Assembly: GCA_951406725.2 (NCBI GenBank)
Contig: OX597823.1
Span: 113,708,001 to 113,772,000, forward strand
DNA from: Octopus vulgaris
Taxonomy: Eukaryota
Direction of reading: 5' to 3'
Length of the DNA: 64,000 nt
Position numbers and translations under genes: made by a program. Below, in pieces: positions 1 to 13,369 of this stretch. Within the stretch, counting starts at the first letter, position 1. Every line of letters starts with the position of its first letter. The notes below the pieces were generated by a model. That model worked only from the letters and a program-made list of their open reading frames with translations, had not been told where the DNA came from and made no database searches.

Positions 1-165
1 TCCCACAGTTGCTTCCATTGTGGTTTCGTTTCGCTTAGCTTTGAAGCCTGCTGTATTATTCGACAGCATCTCTCTTTAAAAGGATATCTATCTGGACAAA
101 ATTAAGCTTATGATTTTCCTGCAACACAAAGTCGTTACGTATGTCATGCATATATATACATATAG

Positions 166-225
<60 letters not shown>

Positions 226-2191
226 CTTAATGTGCGCCCACAAATATATCTTGCATACGTACTCACGCACATATGTACCTATACTGAATAACAAAGAACT
301 TTTAGCACAGCTTCTATAAATCTGGCTGCTGAAAGAAGACAGGGTAAAACTAAGAAATAACACGACAAAATCTAGAAAATATTAAACCATAAATAATTGA
401 TGCTCAAACAATGACATTTATATATAGCAGTGAATAATAATATCCTACAAAATGAGATTAAAATATCATAAAATACTGGAATATGAATTTAGAGTTTTTC
501 GCTTGTGTTGATAATTTGGAAACCCATTTTAACGCCAAATTCAACGGGTTTCAGTTTTCCTTGCAATCCTCCTCTGTTTCACGTACCATATCTTTTAACG
601 GGTGCTATACATACACGCATGTATACAGATATACACAGACATACGCACACACCCACTCACATATATATATATGGATCAAATATTCATATATAGGTATATG
701 TATATATATGGATTATATATACATATATATATATATGCTTGATGTGTGTGTGATTGTGTTTGTGTGCATGTGTGTGTGTGTGAATTAAATACATACGGTA
801 ATTTAGCTTTCCTAGTTTTGTGGATCGTTTTCTATGAAACAGGTACATTTTGTTATTCTATTTGGTTGCGTTATGTTTATATCAAATTGTGTACGCAAGG
901 TTTCAATGGTCTATAGAAATATGTTGTGTCAAAGATACGTCTATATGGCTACACATAAACGCACATACACGCAATCATAGAAGCACATGCATATCCTATA
1001 ATTTACAACCACTCATACAAACACACGCACATATTTGCGAGCTCAATCACATACCATCCAGAATATACTTTACAAGCGGTACCCCTCTTACTCTCCCCTC
1101 TTTCTCTCCCACCTCTTTCTTTCTCCCTCTCTCTCTCCATCTTTCTGCTCTCTCGCTATCTGCCTTTCTTTAATCTAACCATCAGAACATCACCCCTCTG
1201 CTAATATTATTGCGTACCCTCTACACTACATCATGGACGCTTATCTTTCTCTCCTTTTCTCTCTCCGTTTGTTTCATTCTCTCTTATTCTTTCCCCCTGT
1301 TCCTGTTTCACTCTTCACCTTACCCTGTTTTTCTCTCTTCTTTTACTTTCTCCTCTCTTTCCCTTCAGCTAATCACGTGAAAATGTTATTGTTACACTCC
1401 TCTGTCTCGTGTCATGGACGCTTCCTTTCCCTCTTTTGTCCCTCCTTCTCTCTTTTCTTTCTCCCTTTTTTCTCTAATCATGAGAAAGCATTACTGACGG
1501 GCTAAGTAACGCAACGACGAGCAAAACTTTTGTAAGATAAGCTCAGCCTTCTCTCATTCAACACCACTACTTTTAACGTATAATGATTCCCTTAACTTTT
1601 TTCCGTTGCTTTTTAAAGAATTATATTAATGATGTTGATTGATAATACAGATAAGTCGCTAAAATTATTCGCCAGCAGTATCTCGTGCAGTAATCCTCAA
1701 CGTTAGTAGTAAACTATATATTTATACCCTGTTTCTTTAGATAGGAAACAATTGTCGGTTTTATATCTATCACTATTGCTACGGTACTCACGATAAGCAA
1801 AGCATGAGCGCTATCAATTGAAAACTGTTAGAAAGGATTCTGTGGCAAGTAAGATTACTGAGTAGGATCAATTAACTTTTACAAATCAATTTCTCAATGT
1901 ATTTTTTATTGACTAAGTAATCATATAATTTAGTGAAGTTGAAATCTCAACTAAAATACGAGCTCACATATGTACATACGTAAAGGTAGACATATCCACG
2001 CACTCACACGCATACACATACACAAATACACACAAATATATGTATACGTATATGTGTAGAAACATTAAAGATGTGCAAATGTATGTAGATACGTATACGT
2101 AGATATCGTATGCATATATATATTTCTGTGTATACATGTATCTGTGTGTGTGTGGTATGTGTGTATATATACATACATACATGGACTCATG

Positions 2192-2236
<45 letters not shown>

Positions 2237-2515
2237 GCATATATATATATACACATCTATATATATCTTTCCATCCATTCAGTCATACATACACACATAT
2301 TGCGCCATTATATAGATTCATGGAATATTGAACGCCAACGTGGGGATTACAAGCTTAAGATGTAATCTTAATATACTGAAAGTAAATCCCTTCCCCAAGT
2401 ATACCAATTGCTCTCATATGACGTCAGAGATTTAGAGTAATACAGTTGAAAATTCTATACAGATTATACAGAAACTATAGAATATGTGCCTGTGCATATG
2501 TATGCCTGAGTGTGT

Positions 2516-2557
<42 letters not shown>

Positions 2558-3220
2558 CGTATACATGTAATTTGTATACTTCACACTACACATTTTTGTA
2601 TTCAGATGAAAATCCAGCTTACACAATTTGAAATAAACGTAACGCATCCAAAGAGAATAACACAAGCTATTTATGTTTCCATACAAAGGATCCACAAAAA
2701 TAGAAATGCTAGATTACAATATATATTTAATATTTATTTGTGAACCACTGCAACTCACTAGTCATTTCACTGAAAACTTTAATGTAGTAGTGTGGATTAT
2801 AGAATGCTGTTGAATATCTTTTGCCAAATTGATTTGTTTGGAAGGTATAATGGAAATTACAATCAAAAATTTTATTACACTTTTTATTACGTGGACAATT
2901 AATGTCCGAATTTAATATTTTGTTCAGGTCTTAATCAGGCGGGAGAATCTATAACCATGACATTCGCAGACATGACCAGACTGTCGAACTATATATTTTC
3001 TTTAACTCTAGAATAATCGTAGGTACGGGGCAGTGTAAAATTTAGACGCTCTGAATGCAATAAATTTGAATGGCATTTCGTGTGTCTGCCTGAGTGTGTG
3101 TGTTTAATGCATTGTCTGGAGACTTTTATTTGCAGTTGAAGAAATAGCCAAATTTTTATGGCTGCTATTTCTGAAAAGTTCGGTGTGTGGTAAAGTGAAT
3201 TTTTTACTTTACCATATTTT

Positions 3221-3266
<46 letters not shown>

Positions 3267-3291
3267 GTGAGAAAGTTGGTGTGTGGTTGGA

Positions 3292-3580
3292 TATATAGAA
3301 AATAGAAAAGAGTGAAAAAACTACAGAAGGCTTGTTTTATAAGGTTAAAGAATGTAGTTAAGTCGTTATGTTAGAACAATGTTAGAAAATTTTGCATATA
3401 GTAACATGATTTATGGAGAAATTACCGGTTTCGTGTTAACTTTTCAAATTTCTCAAATCTCTTTACCTACATCGTGTTACTATATGCAAAATTTTATAAC
3501 ATTTTTCTAACATAACGACTTAAATACATTCTTTAACCTTATAAAACAAGCCTTCTGTAGTACTTTTCACTCTTTTCTAT

Positions 3581-3589
<9 letters not shown>
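3292..3589. repeat. Foldback element in (TA)n with ~120-bp inverted arms; spacer holds the 3' half of a hammerhead (minus strand GAAAC-CG-GUA)
   Basis: Arm ~3292-3410 is the reverse complement of ~3471-3589 with a few mismatches; taccggtttc at 3423-3432; (TA)n on both sides. Confidence 0.85.
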
Positions 3590-3634
<45 letters not shown>

Positions 3635-4394
3635 CATACCCTACTAAACGTATGCTAAATATTTGAGAGTTATTACTGCACTAACTACTAAACATACACT
3701 AAATACAGAGTAATCATTCAAATTATTTCGGTGTTCTTCAGTAAATCTAACGAATAACTGAATCAAATAAACTGACAAGCGATTTGGCTCTCTAATTTTA
3801 TCTTATACAGAAACAGAATAAGGCAGCGATAGTAATGCCATTTGGACGATACATAACTTCTTTTTTGTGTACCAACAAACTAAAACTTGTGGCACTTAAA
3901 GACGATTTCTATATCTTCATTCCCTTGCAGAGCAGAACTGATTTTTATCTATTAGAACTCTATGAAACATCTACAAATATTCATCCGTGATCACTAACCT
4001 TTCACCTCTCGTTATTTTTATTCAACCTCACCATTTAAAGTCGCCACAAATTACTTTCAATAATGTACCCCACGTTCAATTTTCTATGTGAATGAATTCA
4101 CACCTGCTGATTCGGTTAGTGTTCGGATATGTATCAATCAAATATCGAACTGAACACGAACTATAATCATTTGATTAGGATGGTAGGTATTCCCGTCACT
4201 GTGCCTTCTCAAGTATAAGCATAAGGAAGTGCAACTACATACACGCGTAAACACAAACACACACGGATGTATATATACACTCACATGCCTCTGAATGGAT
4301 ATATATACATTAGGTTAATTTCAGTGGTGTTTGAATGGTACCTAATAAAACATGGGATCCGTGTTTCCGGTGATTCATATATACATTGAGAAGC

Positions 4395-4810
4395 AATAAG
4401 ACGTTTCAGAAAGTATTCATCTTTCTCAACACAATCAAGATCTTCTGTAATGGAAACCTGAGTGTCCTTTTGGTCAGCTGAAAGCCGTTTTAGCACAAAC
4501 TTAGTAGACACACGTCTCATACCCAAATCATCAGTGATAATGGGTTGGACTGAACGGTAACCGATTTGCACATCCTCTGATAACACGCGGATTGTGATTA
4601 GACGAATTTTCCCACACAGCTGTACGCATATCTGCGATGTTTTTCTCAGTTCTGCTGGTTGCGGGTCTTCCAGAGCTTTCGTCAATGTCAACATTTTTTG
4701 TCCATCTTGGAAAACGTCTGATTCTCTCGTACATTTGTGTGTGGCTCAGACACTCCTCTTCATGCTTTGCAGCATTTCGTCCGCGTTTACTTTCCGAGTT
4801 CACATTCTAC
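4395..4810 (-). pseudogene. Mariner transposase N-terminal remnant (HTH region to WVP-like motif), frameshifted
   Basis: ORFs 4531-4803 and 4281-4694 give YERIRRF..DESSGRPATS, RLITIRVLSEDVQIGYRSVQPIITDDLGMRRVSTKFV..LSADQK, FLKRLI. Confidence 0.85.
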
Positions 4811-5153
4811 CAATGTCGACTTCACCGTTCATCCTTCCGTGGTCGATAAAATAAGAACCAATTGAATACAGTGATTGATGTAATCGATTAACCGCCCTCC
4901 CCGGGATTACAGGGCATGCGTCAAAATCTAAAATTAATGTGTGCATCTATCTATCTATTATCGGTCTCTCTCTCTATGTTTATGTATATGTATATATATA
5001 TATATATACATATGTGTGTGTATATATATATATATGTAGATATATATTCATATATATATACATATGTGTGTGTATATATATATGTATATATATATATATA
5101 TATATGTAAATATATATATATATATACAATATGTTACATTACTCGGTAGTCAA

Positions 5154-5214
5154 GATAAAACTCTGAGTTTCAGATGCCGAGGTGGAAATCCACAACACCA
5201 TCTCTTCGGTTATC
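5154..5214 (-). ncRNA. Hammerhead-like ribozyme motif, U4C core variant
   Basis: Minus strand: GAUAA-CCGAAGA-GAUG..GUGGA/UCCAC..CAUC-U-GAAA-CUCAGAG-UU-UUAUC; stem I GAUAA/UUAUC; GUU site. Confidence 0.65.
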
Positions 5215-5597
5215 TGGCTATTTGAAAACATTATGAAAAAATACCGTTAAAAATGAAGGGAAATTACTCTGTTATAACTCTGCTTTGCCTGCGTACTTAT
5301 ACATCGCTCGCATTTTTCGTCATAAAAATTATATAAAAATACATAAAAAATATATAAAAATATATAAAAATATATATTTTTTATATATTTTTATATTTTT
5401 ATATTTTTATATATTTATATATTTTTATATATTTTTATATATTTTTATATATTTTTATATATTTTTTATGTATTTTTATATAATTTTTATGACGAAAAAT
5501 GCGAGCGATGTATAAGTACGCAGGCAAAGCAGAGTTATAACAGAGTAATTTCCCTTCATTTTTAACGGTATTTTTTCATAACGTTTTCAAATAGCCG

Positions 5598-5658
5598 GAT
5601 AACCGAAGAGATGGTGTTGTGGATTTCCACTTCGGCATCTGAAACTCAGAGTGTTATC
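5598..5658 (+). ncRNA. Mirror copy of the U4C hammerhead-like motif; GUG at the cleavage triplet, likely inactive
   Basis: gataa-ccgaaga-gatg...catc-t-gaaa-ctcagag-tg-ttatc. Confidence 0.55.
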
Positions 5659-5755
5659 TTGACTACCGAGTAATGTAACATATTGTATAGATAAATTTCC
5701 TCTATTTACATAATATTGAGGTCTCTTTCTTTCTTTTGTTATCTTACCGTTTTAT

Positions 5756-5827
<72 letters not shown>

Positions 5828-5854
5828 ATGTGTGTATATATATGTATATGTATA

Positions 5855-5885
<31 letters not shown>

Positions 5886-6140
5886 GCACGCACAAGCACA
5901 CACACACTCATATATGTTAAGACGGGTATTTGTATGAATTTTATCTTCATAAAAAAGAAACAATACCGAATGTAGTTGCAATACATCCAGGATAGCTTTT
6001 TTGGATTATAATAAAATCAATACGGAATAGTAATTCTTCAAATGGCACCACATGTGAAACATAGTTAATGGAAGCAACGCAGGGTAACTACTGATTTTAA
6101 ACAAAAAATAAATAAACTACATTAATTCTGCACTCAGTAG

Positions 6141-6197
<57 letters not shown>

Positions 6198-6326
6198 GTT
6201 GTTTCGTACTCGGTAATTTACAGGTAGACATTTGAATTGATTAAAGAATGAAAGAAAGCGGGTAGCTAGAAAAGAGCAGAGAGGTGGGTTTGTCAATGCA
6301 CATTCATAAACAGAATTCACAAACAC

Positions 6327-6408
<82 letters not shown>

Positions 6409-6646
6409 AGATACATTTATTCACCAGGTACGTATTTCACTTATAAATATACTTAAATGCGGGAAGATGAAAATGCATTGTGTACTTTTATTATTACGTG
6501 TGCGACAATCAACATAAGAACTGTATATGAAAAAGTATACACACGTCATTTAAGGGTGCAAATGAAGCTAGTCTAAGAACTTATTGATAATTACGTAATA
6601 TTGTATATGAATATCACACACACACTCACACACAGACACACACACA

Positions 6647-6691
<45 letters not shown>

Positions 6692-6698
<7 letters not shown>

Positions 6699-6949
6699 GC
6701 AAGATTTTTTAAGTGAAGTCGTGTGTTGAAACAGATATTGTTGTACTTCGGAATGGTCATTTCGCCACTTTAGCCAATAAAAACATACTCACTATATATT
6801 TGGTGTTACTTTGCTTCAGTGTTATTTATTTTTTACATTAAATTTAATCTTATTTCGGCCAGAGTTCTTTCGTCACACTCCTGTGACCTCATCAGTGGTC
6901 CTTTGCTTTCTTCTTTCTTTTTTGTGTGTCTCTCCTCACTAAAGGTAAT

Positions 6950-6953
<4 letters not shown>
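6692..6953 (-). mobile_element. Short (TA)n-inserted non-autonomous element with hammerhead (Penelope-like pLTR or retrozyme-like)
   Basis: Bounded by (TA)n; a homologous second copy lies at ~20426-20722. Confidence 0.7.
6859..6898 (-). ncRNA. Minimal type I hammerhead ribozyme, canonical core
   Basis: Minus strand: CCA-CUGAUGA-G-GUCACA-GGAG-UGUGAC-GAAA-GAAC-UC-UGG; perfect 6-bp stem II, 3-bp stem I, CUC site. Confidence 0.85.
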
Positions 6954-6998
<45 letters not shown>

Positions 6999-7063
6999 GG
7001 AGTAAACACATAAATGTGAAACAAGGTTGAAAAAAGAGTACTCAAATACCAGTGGTAGAGTAA

Positions 7064-7260
7064 TATGCTTTATTTAAAGCAGCAGAAAATTCAACAAAAC
7101 CTGTTACTCTGAGTTTCGCATTGCCGTTCATCGGACAGTTTTTGCTAGAATGGAACCGATATGTCCGGTTACATTCTAGCAAAAACTGTCCGATGAACGG
7201 CAACGGGAAACTCAGAGTAACAGGATTTGTTGAATTTTCTGCTGCTTTAAATAAAGTATA
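7064..7260. repeat. ~195-bp palindrome in a (TA)n-flanked element with back-to-back hammerhead-like motifs (7101-7138 minus, 7186-7223 plus)
   Basis: Arms pair about position 7162; motif CUGU-CCGAUGA-N10-GAAA-CUCAGAG-UA-ACAG; stem II is weak. Confidence 0.85.
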
Positions 7261-7279
7261 TATATATAAATACTTTAAT

Positions 7280-8434
7280 TAAATGTTCAGAAATGTTCAG
7301 CCAAAATGTTCAGAACGGCATTGTTTTCGTCAGAAAAGTAGATATAATTTTTTATCAAAGTTGTTTTATATTCTATAATTTTCACAGACAATAAATACAA
7401 TATTATTTGTTATTGCCTGAGGTTTTGATGTAATTTGAGAGGATAATACAAAAGTTATGGATGATTTAGTGATTTACTGCAAAACCCATGGCGGCCAAAA
7501 TGATCAGAACGGTTGCTTTTACTCCGTGTTTTAGTATATTTAACCGGCGAACTCTAATGTTTTGAATTTGTTTACGTGACGGTTCGTTTACTAAACATAA
7601 GTAATAATATTTGCAGTATTCTTTGTTAATATAATGTCACTTACTCTGTTACCAATTCGTCAGAAGATTATTAAACTTCGAAGGAAGGATAATTTAAGTA
7701 TTGAATCTATTGCAAATATCGTTAACAAGTGAAAAAGTGTTGTATACGGTATTCTTAAGGTCTACGATGATTGTGGTCCGTGTGAAGCAAGAACGTTTAC
7801 AGGTAGGCCAAGAAAAACGACCAAGAGAGAATATCGTGCTATGGTAAAGTTGGTTAAAAAGGACAGATTTAAAACTGCTGCTGCTGTTTCTCGGAAAATG
7901 AGCATTGTATTGAAGAAAACTTTATCTCGAAAAACTGTGTCTCGTCGTTTAGTTGAACATGACCTACAAGCAAGAGCACCTGCAGTGAAGCCACGGATCA
8001 GCTCCAAGGATAAAAAGTGTCATCTTAACTTTGCAACCGAACATGTGTTGTGGTCTCAAGAAAAATGGCAAACGGTGCATTTCAGTGATGATTATAATTT
8101 ATGTTATTTGGCTCAGATGGGAAAAGGTACGTTCGTTGAAAAGTAGGAGAAAAATTGTCGCCTAAATGCCTTAAGACTAGTGTTAAATTCGGTGGAGGAA
8201 GTGTCATGGTTTGGGGGATGATATCTGGAGATGGTGTGGGCCCTTTGGTGCGATTACATGGAAAGGTAAATGCAGGAGTTTATAAACAACTTGTAAAAGA
8301 TCATGTCTTGCCTGTGCTGAGAAATTCAACTAAGCGTCCACCCATATTCATGCAGGACATTGCCCCATGTCACAAGGCTAAGGTTGTCATGAACTTCCTC
8401 AAGGCTGAAAAGGTTATTATTATGGATTGGCCAG
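7280..8434 (+). mobile_element. Tc1-family DNA transposon, 3'-truncated; transposase pseudogene from 7634
   Basis: GRPRKTT, HFSDD, VKFGGGSVMVWG, FMQDIAPCH and DWP motifs with an in-frame stop and a frameshift; repeated ccaaaatg(t/a)tcagaacgg at ~7301 and ~7495 (IR-DR style end). Confidence 0.92.
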
Positions 8435-8889
8435 AGTTATCGTTGCTGCAATATGATAAAATTGGTATTCCTTGCCCGAGATATGGCCTCATTCCAGCTA
8501 ATTCTATCAGTTCACTAGATATCCAAGATCCGTCTCAGGTCACTTAGACGAATGGCGTTGAATTACAGCTTATGGTTAGATTAGAAGCTCCAGATTTCAC
8601 TGATGCAAAATTGTGTGGTAAGGACGGAAACTCCCTTGATTGCAAATTTTATGTTCAACATTAACCTTCTCAGATTCTCTTTGTTAGTGTAGGTAATGTT
8701 GAAGATGTTTCTAAGCATCATTTCATTTCAAACCCGAGAATGCTTGTCCCTGACTGTGGGACTATAGTATATGTGCGTGTATATATGTATTCCTGTGTGC
8801 ATGCACGTGTGTATGTGTAGCATATACATGTAATCCGTATACTTCACACTACACATTTCTGCATTCATTTGAAAATCTTGCTTACATAA

Positions 8890-9281
8890 TCTCTACATAT
8901 ATAAAGCTGAAGTTGTTTGTGTATGGTAGGTTTGGTAGCCTTCAACTAACACTATCTCCTCCGAGACCCTGCAGCGCAAGTTGACCAAAATTGAGAGTAT
9001 GATAGAAGAAGGCTTCTTCTTCCTTCCGTAGAAGGAAAATGCAAATCGAGCCATGTTAAGACCAAAAAGTATTTATATAAAAAGGTGCTTTTTTTTTCTA
9101 TGAAAATCCCTATTTTTTACGATTTTTTGCCTGCTGTGTCACCATTCTTGGGTGTAATTCAACCAGAAAAACGTTCACTTAAAGAGAATAACAAGCTACA
9201 TAATACAAACTTTTAACTTTTCAAAAATTCCAATTCTAAAGGGTCGAAACAAAGCCGAGCAACGCCGGGCGATACTGCTAG
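8890..9281 (+). mobile_element. Non-autonomous Helitron
   Basis: 5' TC(tctacatatataaa); 3' GC-rich hairpin ccgagcaacgccggg followed by CTAG; inserted between A and T with no TSD; empty site at 2626/2627. Confidence 0.92.
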
Positions 9282-10099
9282 TTTGAAATAAACGTAGCGC
9301 ATCCAAACAGAATAACGCAAGCTATTTATGTTTAAGTATAAATGTCGCCGCAGTTATTGATGCTAATGTTTGTTGAGCGCTTCACACTTTTGCCTACCAC
9401 TTTCGTCTTATTTGTATTCCTGGTCAACACGAAATCTTGATAAGCACTTGTGATCTATTCAGGAGATATTGAAGTGTCTCCTCTCAGTCAATTGTTGACA
9501 TCGCTGCATCATTTTCAAACAACATTCCCTTGATAAAATATTGTATGCTTTGCTTTTTGTCTTCACTCAGGAACGATTAAGCAGTCTGCGATTTGATTGA
9601 GTGTAAAGGCAATCACCCTTGTTTGATGTTCCAAAATCGAGCTTGCGTATAACAGAGAGTAAGTTACTGCATGGAATGTGGTCAGGACACAACGCTCTTT
9701 TACTGAACATTGCCTGCGCAGAATGTTGTGTTTCGTCGATACTGTTATGTCCTACTTCGAACTCACTATCTATGCCACTTTATAATGTGGTCTTATAACA
9801 AGGTTATAACAATGCAAATATAAATCAGAAACCACAAGTAACAAACAATATCTCTTCTCAACGACTTACTTCTACAACTGTCTTCACTAAAAGCCTGCAC
9901 ACACCACACTATCCTTCACTGACAGTGCGCATGCGCCTTTATTCTGTTTAGAACAGTTCACCTGCTATCCCACAGGGGTGTCAAGATTGACTTTCGTTGG
10001 AAGTCAATATTTTTCTTTTGTTTATTATCTTTATAACCATCTTTCCACCTCCTTTGTTTTTAATTCCCTAGGAAGAAATTGGGAGCTTTTTTATCGTTT

Positions 10100-11170
10100 T
10101 GGACCTACTTGCAAAAGTTCTGTTTGCTTTCTCTTCCGAGTCGTTGTACTCGTTGGCTCAATTGTTCCTTGAGGTGTCGGAACGTCAAAAATGTCATAAA
10201 GAAATTCCATTCGCACTTTATGTCTTATTCCTGCTTCGGGAAACCGTTTTTTCGGTTGATTTAGATGTCTCTTGTGTTCCCACGTATGACCTTTTACCAT
10301 GTATCTTATTTTTCCTAAACGTTTACGTTTTATACCTTCTCCCCAACTTTCCCTTCCGTTTCTGTATATTTAAAAAAATATACCCTGTCACCGATTTTGA
10401 AGTATTTTAACTTATTTTCGGGGTTTCTTTCGATTTTTCTTTTCTTCCCAGTAGTAATTTGTCAGACACTGACCTGACTTTCCCAAACTTTCCCGGTGAA
10501 CAGTAGTTCAGCTGGCGATATACCTGATGTGGTGTTGGGATATACCTGATGTGGTGTTAAGAATTGCGTCAATGCAGTATCAGCTAGTAGTTCATATCTA
10601 GATTTTTTCAGCGCCTTCTTAAACGTGTCTACGAAACATTCCGGTAGTCTATTCGGTTCCGGATAGTATGGCGGAGTAGTAATATGTTCTATTGCATGCA
10701 TTTTGCAAAAGTTTTAAAATTCCGTTATCAGACATTATTGTGTCTGGGACGCCATATCGCGCAAAAAACTTGTCCAGAAATTGTATCTTTACTTTGGAGG
10801 TTGGCTTCCTATATTTATATATTTCCAGTCATTTCAGTAACTATCACAACTATTAGATGATACCCTCCATTTAATGGTTCTGCGAAATCTATGTGTAATC
10901 TTGACCAAGGTACATCAGTGTTGGGCCAAAGTTGAGATTTTGCCGGTGGTGCATTTGCTGCCAAAGTACAACCCCTGCAGGTTTTCATCAATTTTTCAAT
11001 ATCCTGATCCATATTCCCCAGTAAACATAGCTTCTCACCAATATTTTCTTTCTCCCGATTTCTGGCTGTCCCATGCAAAGAATCATCAGGTATTACATCC
11101 TTTTTGCAAAGAAACAGGTACTACATCCCTCCGATCGTACATAAGTACGCCATCATATATCGAATACCAT
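10100..11170 (-). pseudogene. Ty3/Gypsy LTR-retrotransposon integrase remnant
   Basis: HG..R..W.NMDQDIEKLMKTCRGC (HHCC region), PWSRLHIDFAEP, HITTPPYYPEPN.L.E.FVDTFKKAL; several frameshifts; boundaries approximate. Confidence 0.88.
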
Positions 11171-11549
11171 TTCGAAACTGTATTACATTCGTTTACATGT
11201 GTTTTTGCATTTCTTTCAAACTTCACTATTTTTCTTTTCCTTTTTATTACGAATGCATACTTCTCTTCTTTAATTTTCATTTCTTCTAAAGTGGCAGGTA
11301 CTACGTTGCAGAGTATATTTTTTTACTTCAGCACACAGCCTATGGAGTATACAATGATGAACCAATCTCTTTCCCTTTTCCTATTCAATACTCCCCAAAC
11401 CAGCATGGCCAATAGAACAAGGTGAACACCACTCTGGAGTTGAAAACACTAAGCTGCAGCAGATGTTTCTGTGTTAGGGCCTCTTGAAGTTTCCTGGACA
11501 ACTGTTCATAGAACTTGTCTGGTATATTTTGAGCAGAGTAGATATCGGA

Positions 11550-11705
11550 GGACGTGGAAGCATGTGGCTTAGTAGTAAGTGTGTCACACTCATGATCGTG
11601 AGACTGTGGTTTTGATCCCTTGACTGGATGATGCGATGTATAATAAAAATAAAATAATAATTTCATGTTGCTCCAGTCTACTCAGCCGACAAAAATGAGT
11701 AATCT
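11550..11705 (+). mobile_element. SINE family C, degenerate head
   Basis: A-box-like tggcttagtagt; ttgctccagtctactcagccgacaaaaatgagta matches the reverse complement of ~27115-27155. Confidence 0.55.
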
Positions 11706-13369
11706 ATTGACGAACCGACCTTACAGCCTAGGAGGGGATTATAGATATCACAGTATCGGGTAAACTTGACTTATGTGCTTATGGCTCGGAAAAGGTCTTT
11801 TCATTTATTTTTGACAACGTCGGATCATAGAAACAGAAAAAAGGTTGACAGATTCTACAGGTGTAGAACTTTTTCTCACTGTATATTTGTATGTATGCAT
11901 GTACGGATGAAGGCAGATGCACAGAGTATGATGCAGATGGTATAAATTCATGTTGGAAGATGAGGAAAAAGAGACAAACAGGGAAGAAACTGAGAAATGC
12001 CGAAAGAAAAAGGGAAGGTAGACATATAAATGGGTTGAATAACAATGGAAGAAATGGATTAAAGATTTCAATAATATAAGGAATTAGAAGAATAGATAGA
12101 GAGGAGATATAAATTGACAGCAACATGTCAAAGGCTGATAATCTTTTAATTCCAATTACGTAAACGAATGAAGATAAAATCAATATCAGAATTCTTTTTC
12201 AATCAATGATTTTCTTTTCTAATATATCACATAATCTGACATTTGGAAGGCGGAGGAATAGTTGTTTAAAAGGATTCCATTTACATTTTTGAACCCATTG
12301 GAATGATAGATAATATTGATTCAATAGGATTTGCAATCAGAATGTAAATCCGTGACAAGTTACCGCAAAATATATCGTTTGATACTCTAATGATTCTGCC
12401 ATTCTCAGTATAAGTATGTGTATATGCGTGTATATATAAATATATGTATGTAGCTGCGTATGTGTATGTGTATGCAGGCACACATTTTCACAGACATGAG
12501 GTATATATTTTTGCAGGTGCGTATATACAATATACCTTTATTTTGGTTATAATTGGTTTGCCCAAACCCTCGCTGCATTTATACTCATTTGACGTAAATA
12601 ACATACAGGATATTACTACTCAAAAATGTTCCAATGTATACAGCCATCTTTACAAGTAGTCATCAAGACCGAAATTCTTACCTGTCAGAAGTTCCTTTCT
12701 ATTGTGAACAGGGTACAGATTACGGTGAAAGGGAATAGCAATCAGTTTTCCGATCAGACTAACATTGGCGTTCCACACACGCAGTTTAGATCAATGGGAA
12801 CAAGCCTATATACTACACACCCACAATTTAAAGTCGGGTAAACGATATCTTCATTTTGACCGATAACCGAAAACATTTTCTCAAATAACTTACCTTTTCA
12901 AAAGTTCCAGGTACAGTAAGTTAGCGGATTTGATAAATCCCTATGTAGTGATAAATAAAGCCCAAAAAAATATCTATGAAGGAAAACAGAAAGCAAATAT
13001 CTACGTCGATATGATAGGATATCAGTCACATTCCTTCTTAAAATATTCATTATGTCTTCACGACAGCAATATTATATAAACAAAGCAATAGAATAAGGTA
13101 ATAGAAATACTCTGATGAATGGTCTTAAAGATCAGGACTAACTTCTGGCTAAATAGCTTTTTGCATTTACAGATACATTAATAAGCAATTTACAAAATAT
13201 GAAAATAAATTTAACATTTTACACAGAATATAAAAAGCATTTACATAACATACTTAAAGTATACGGCTTAAACTAAATTTATTCCGGTTATAAATTAATA
13301 AAGTTGCGAAGTACCTCACGAAATATTGGTTGCAAACTTCTGCACAAAACCAGAAAAAGTCGATTGCAG

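Larger units (their letters stand above)
5123..5689. repeat. ~570-bp foldback (near-perfect inverted duplication) in (TA)n with one hammerhead-like motif per arm
   Basis: 5123-~5376 is the reverse complement of ~5436-5689; the centre is an A/T minisatellite that switches strand. Confidence 0.95.

Noticed and set aside
3716-3746. Minus-strand CUGAAGA-ACACC-GAAA..AUU with a possible stem I
   Set aside because: Only 5 unpaired nucleotides where stem II should be; could be chance in AT-rich DNA
13109-13148. ctgatga followed by the hairpin tggtct/agatca
   Set aside because: No GAAA, stem III or stem I partner
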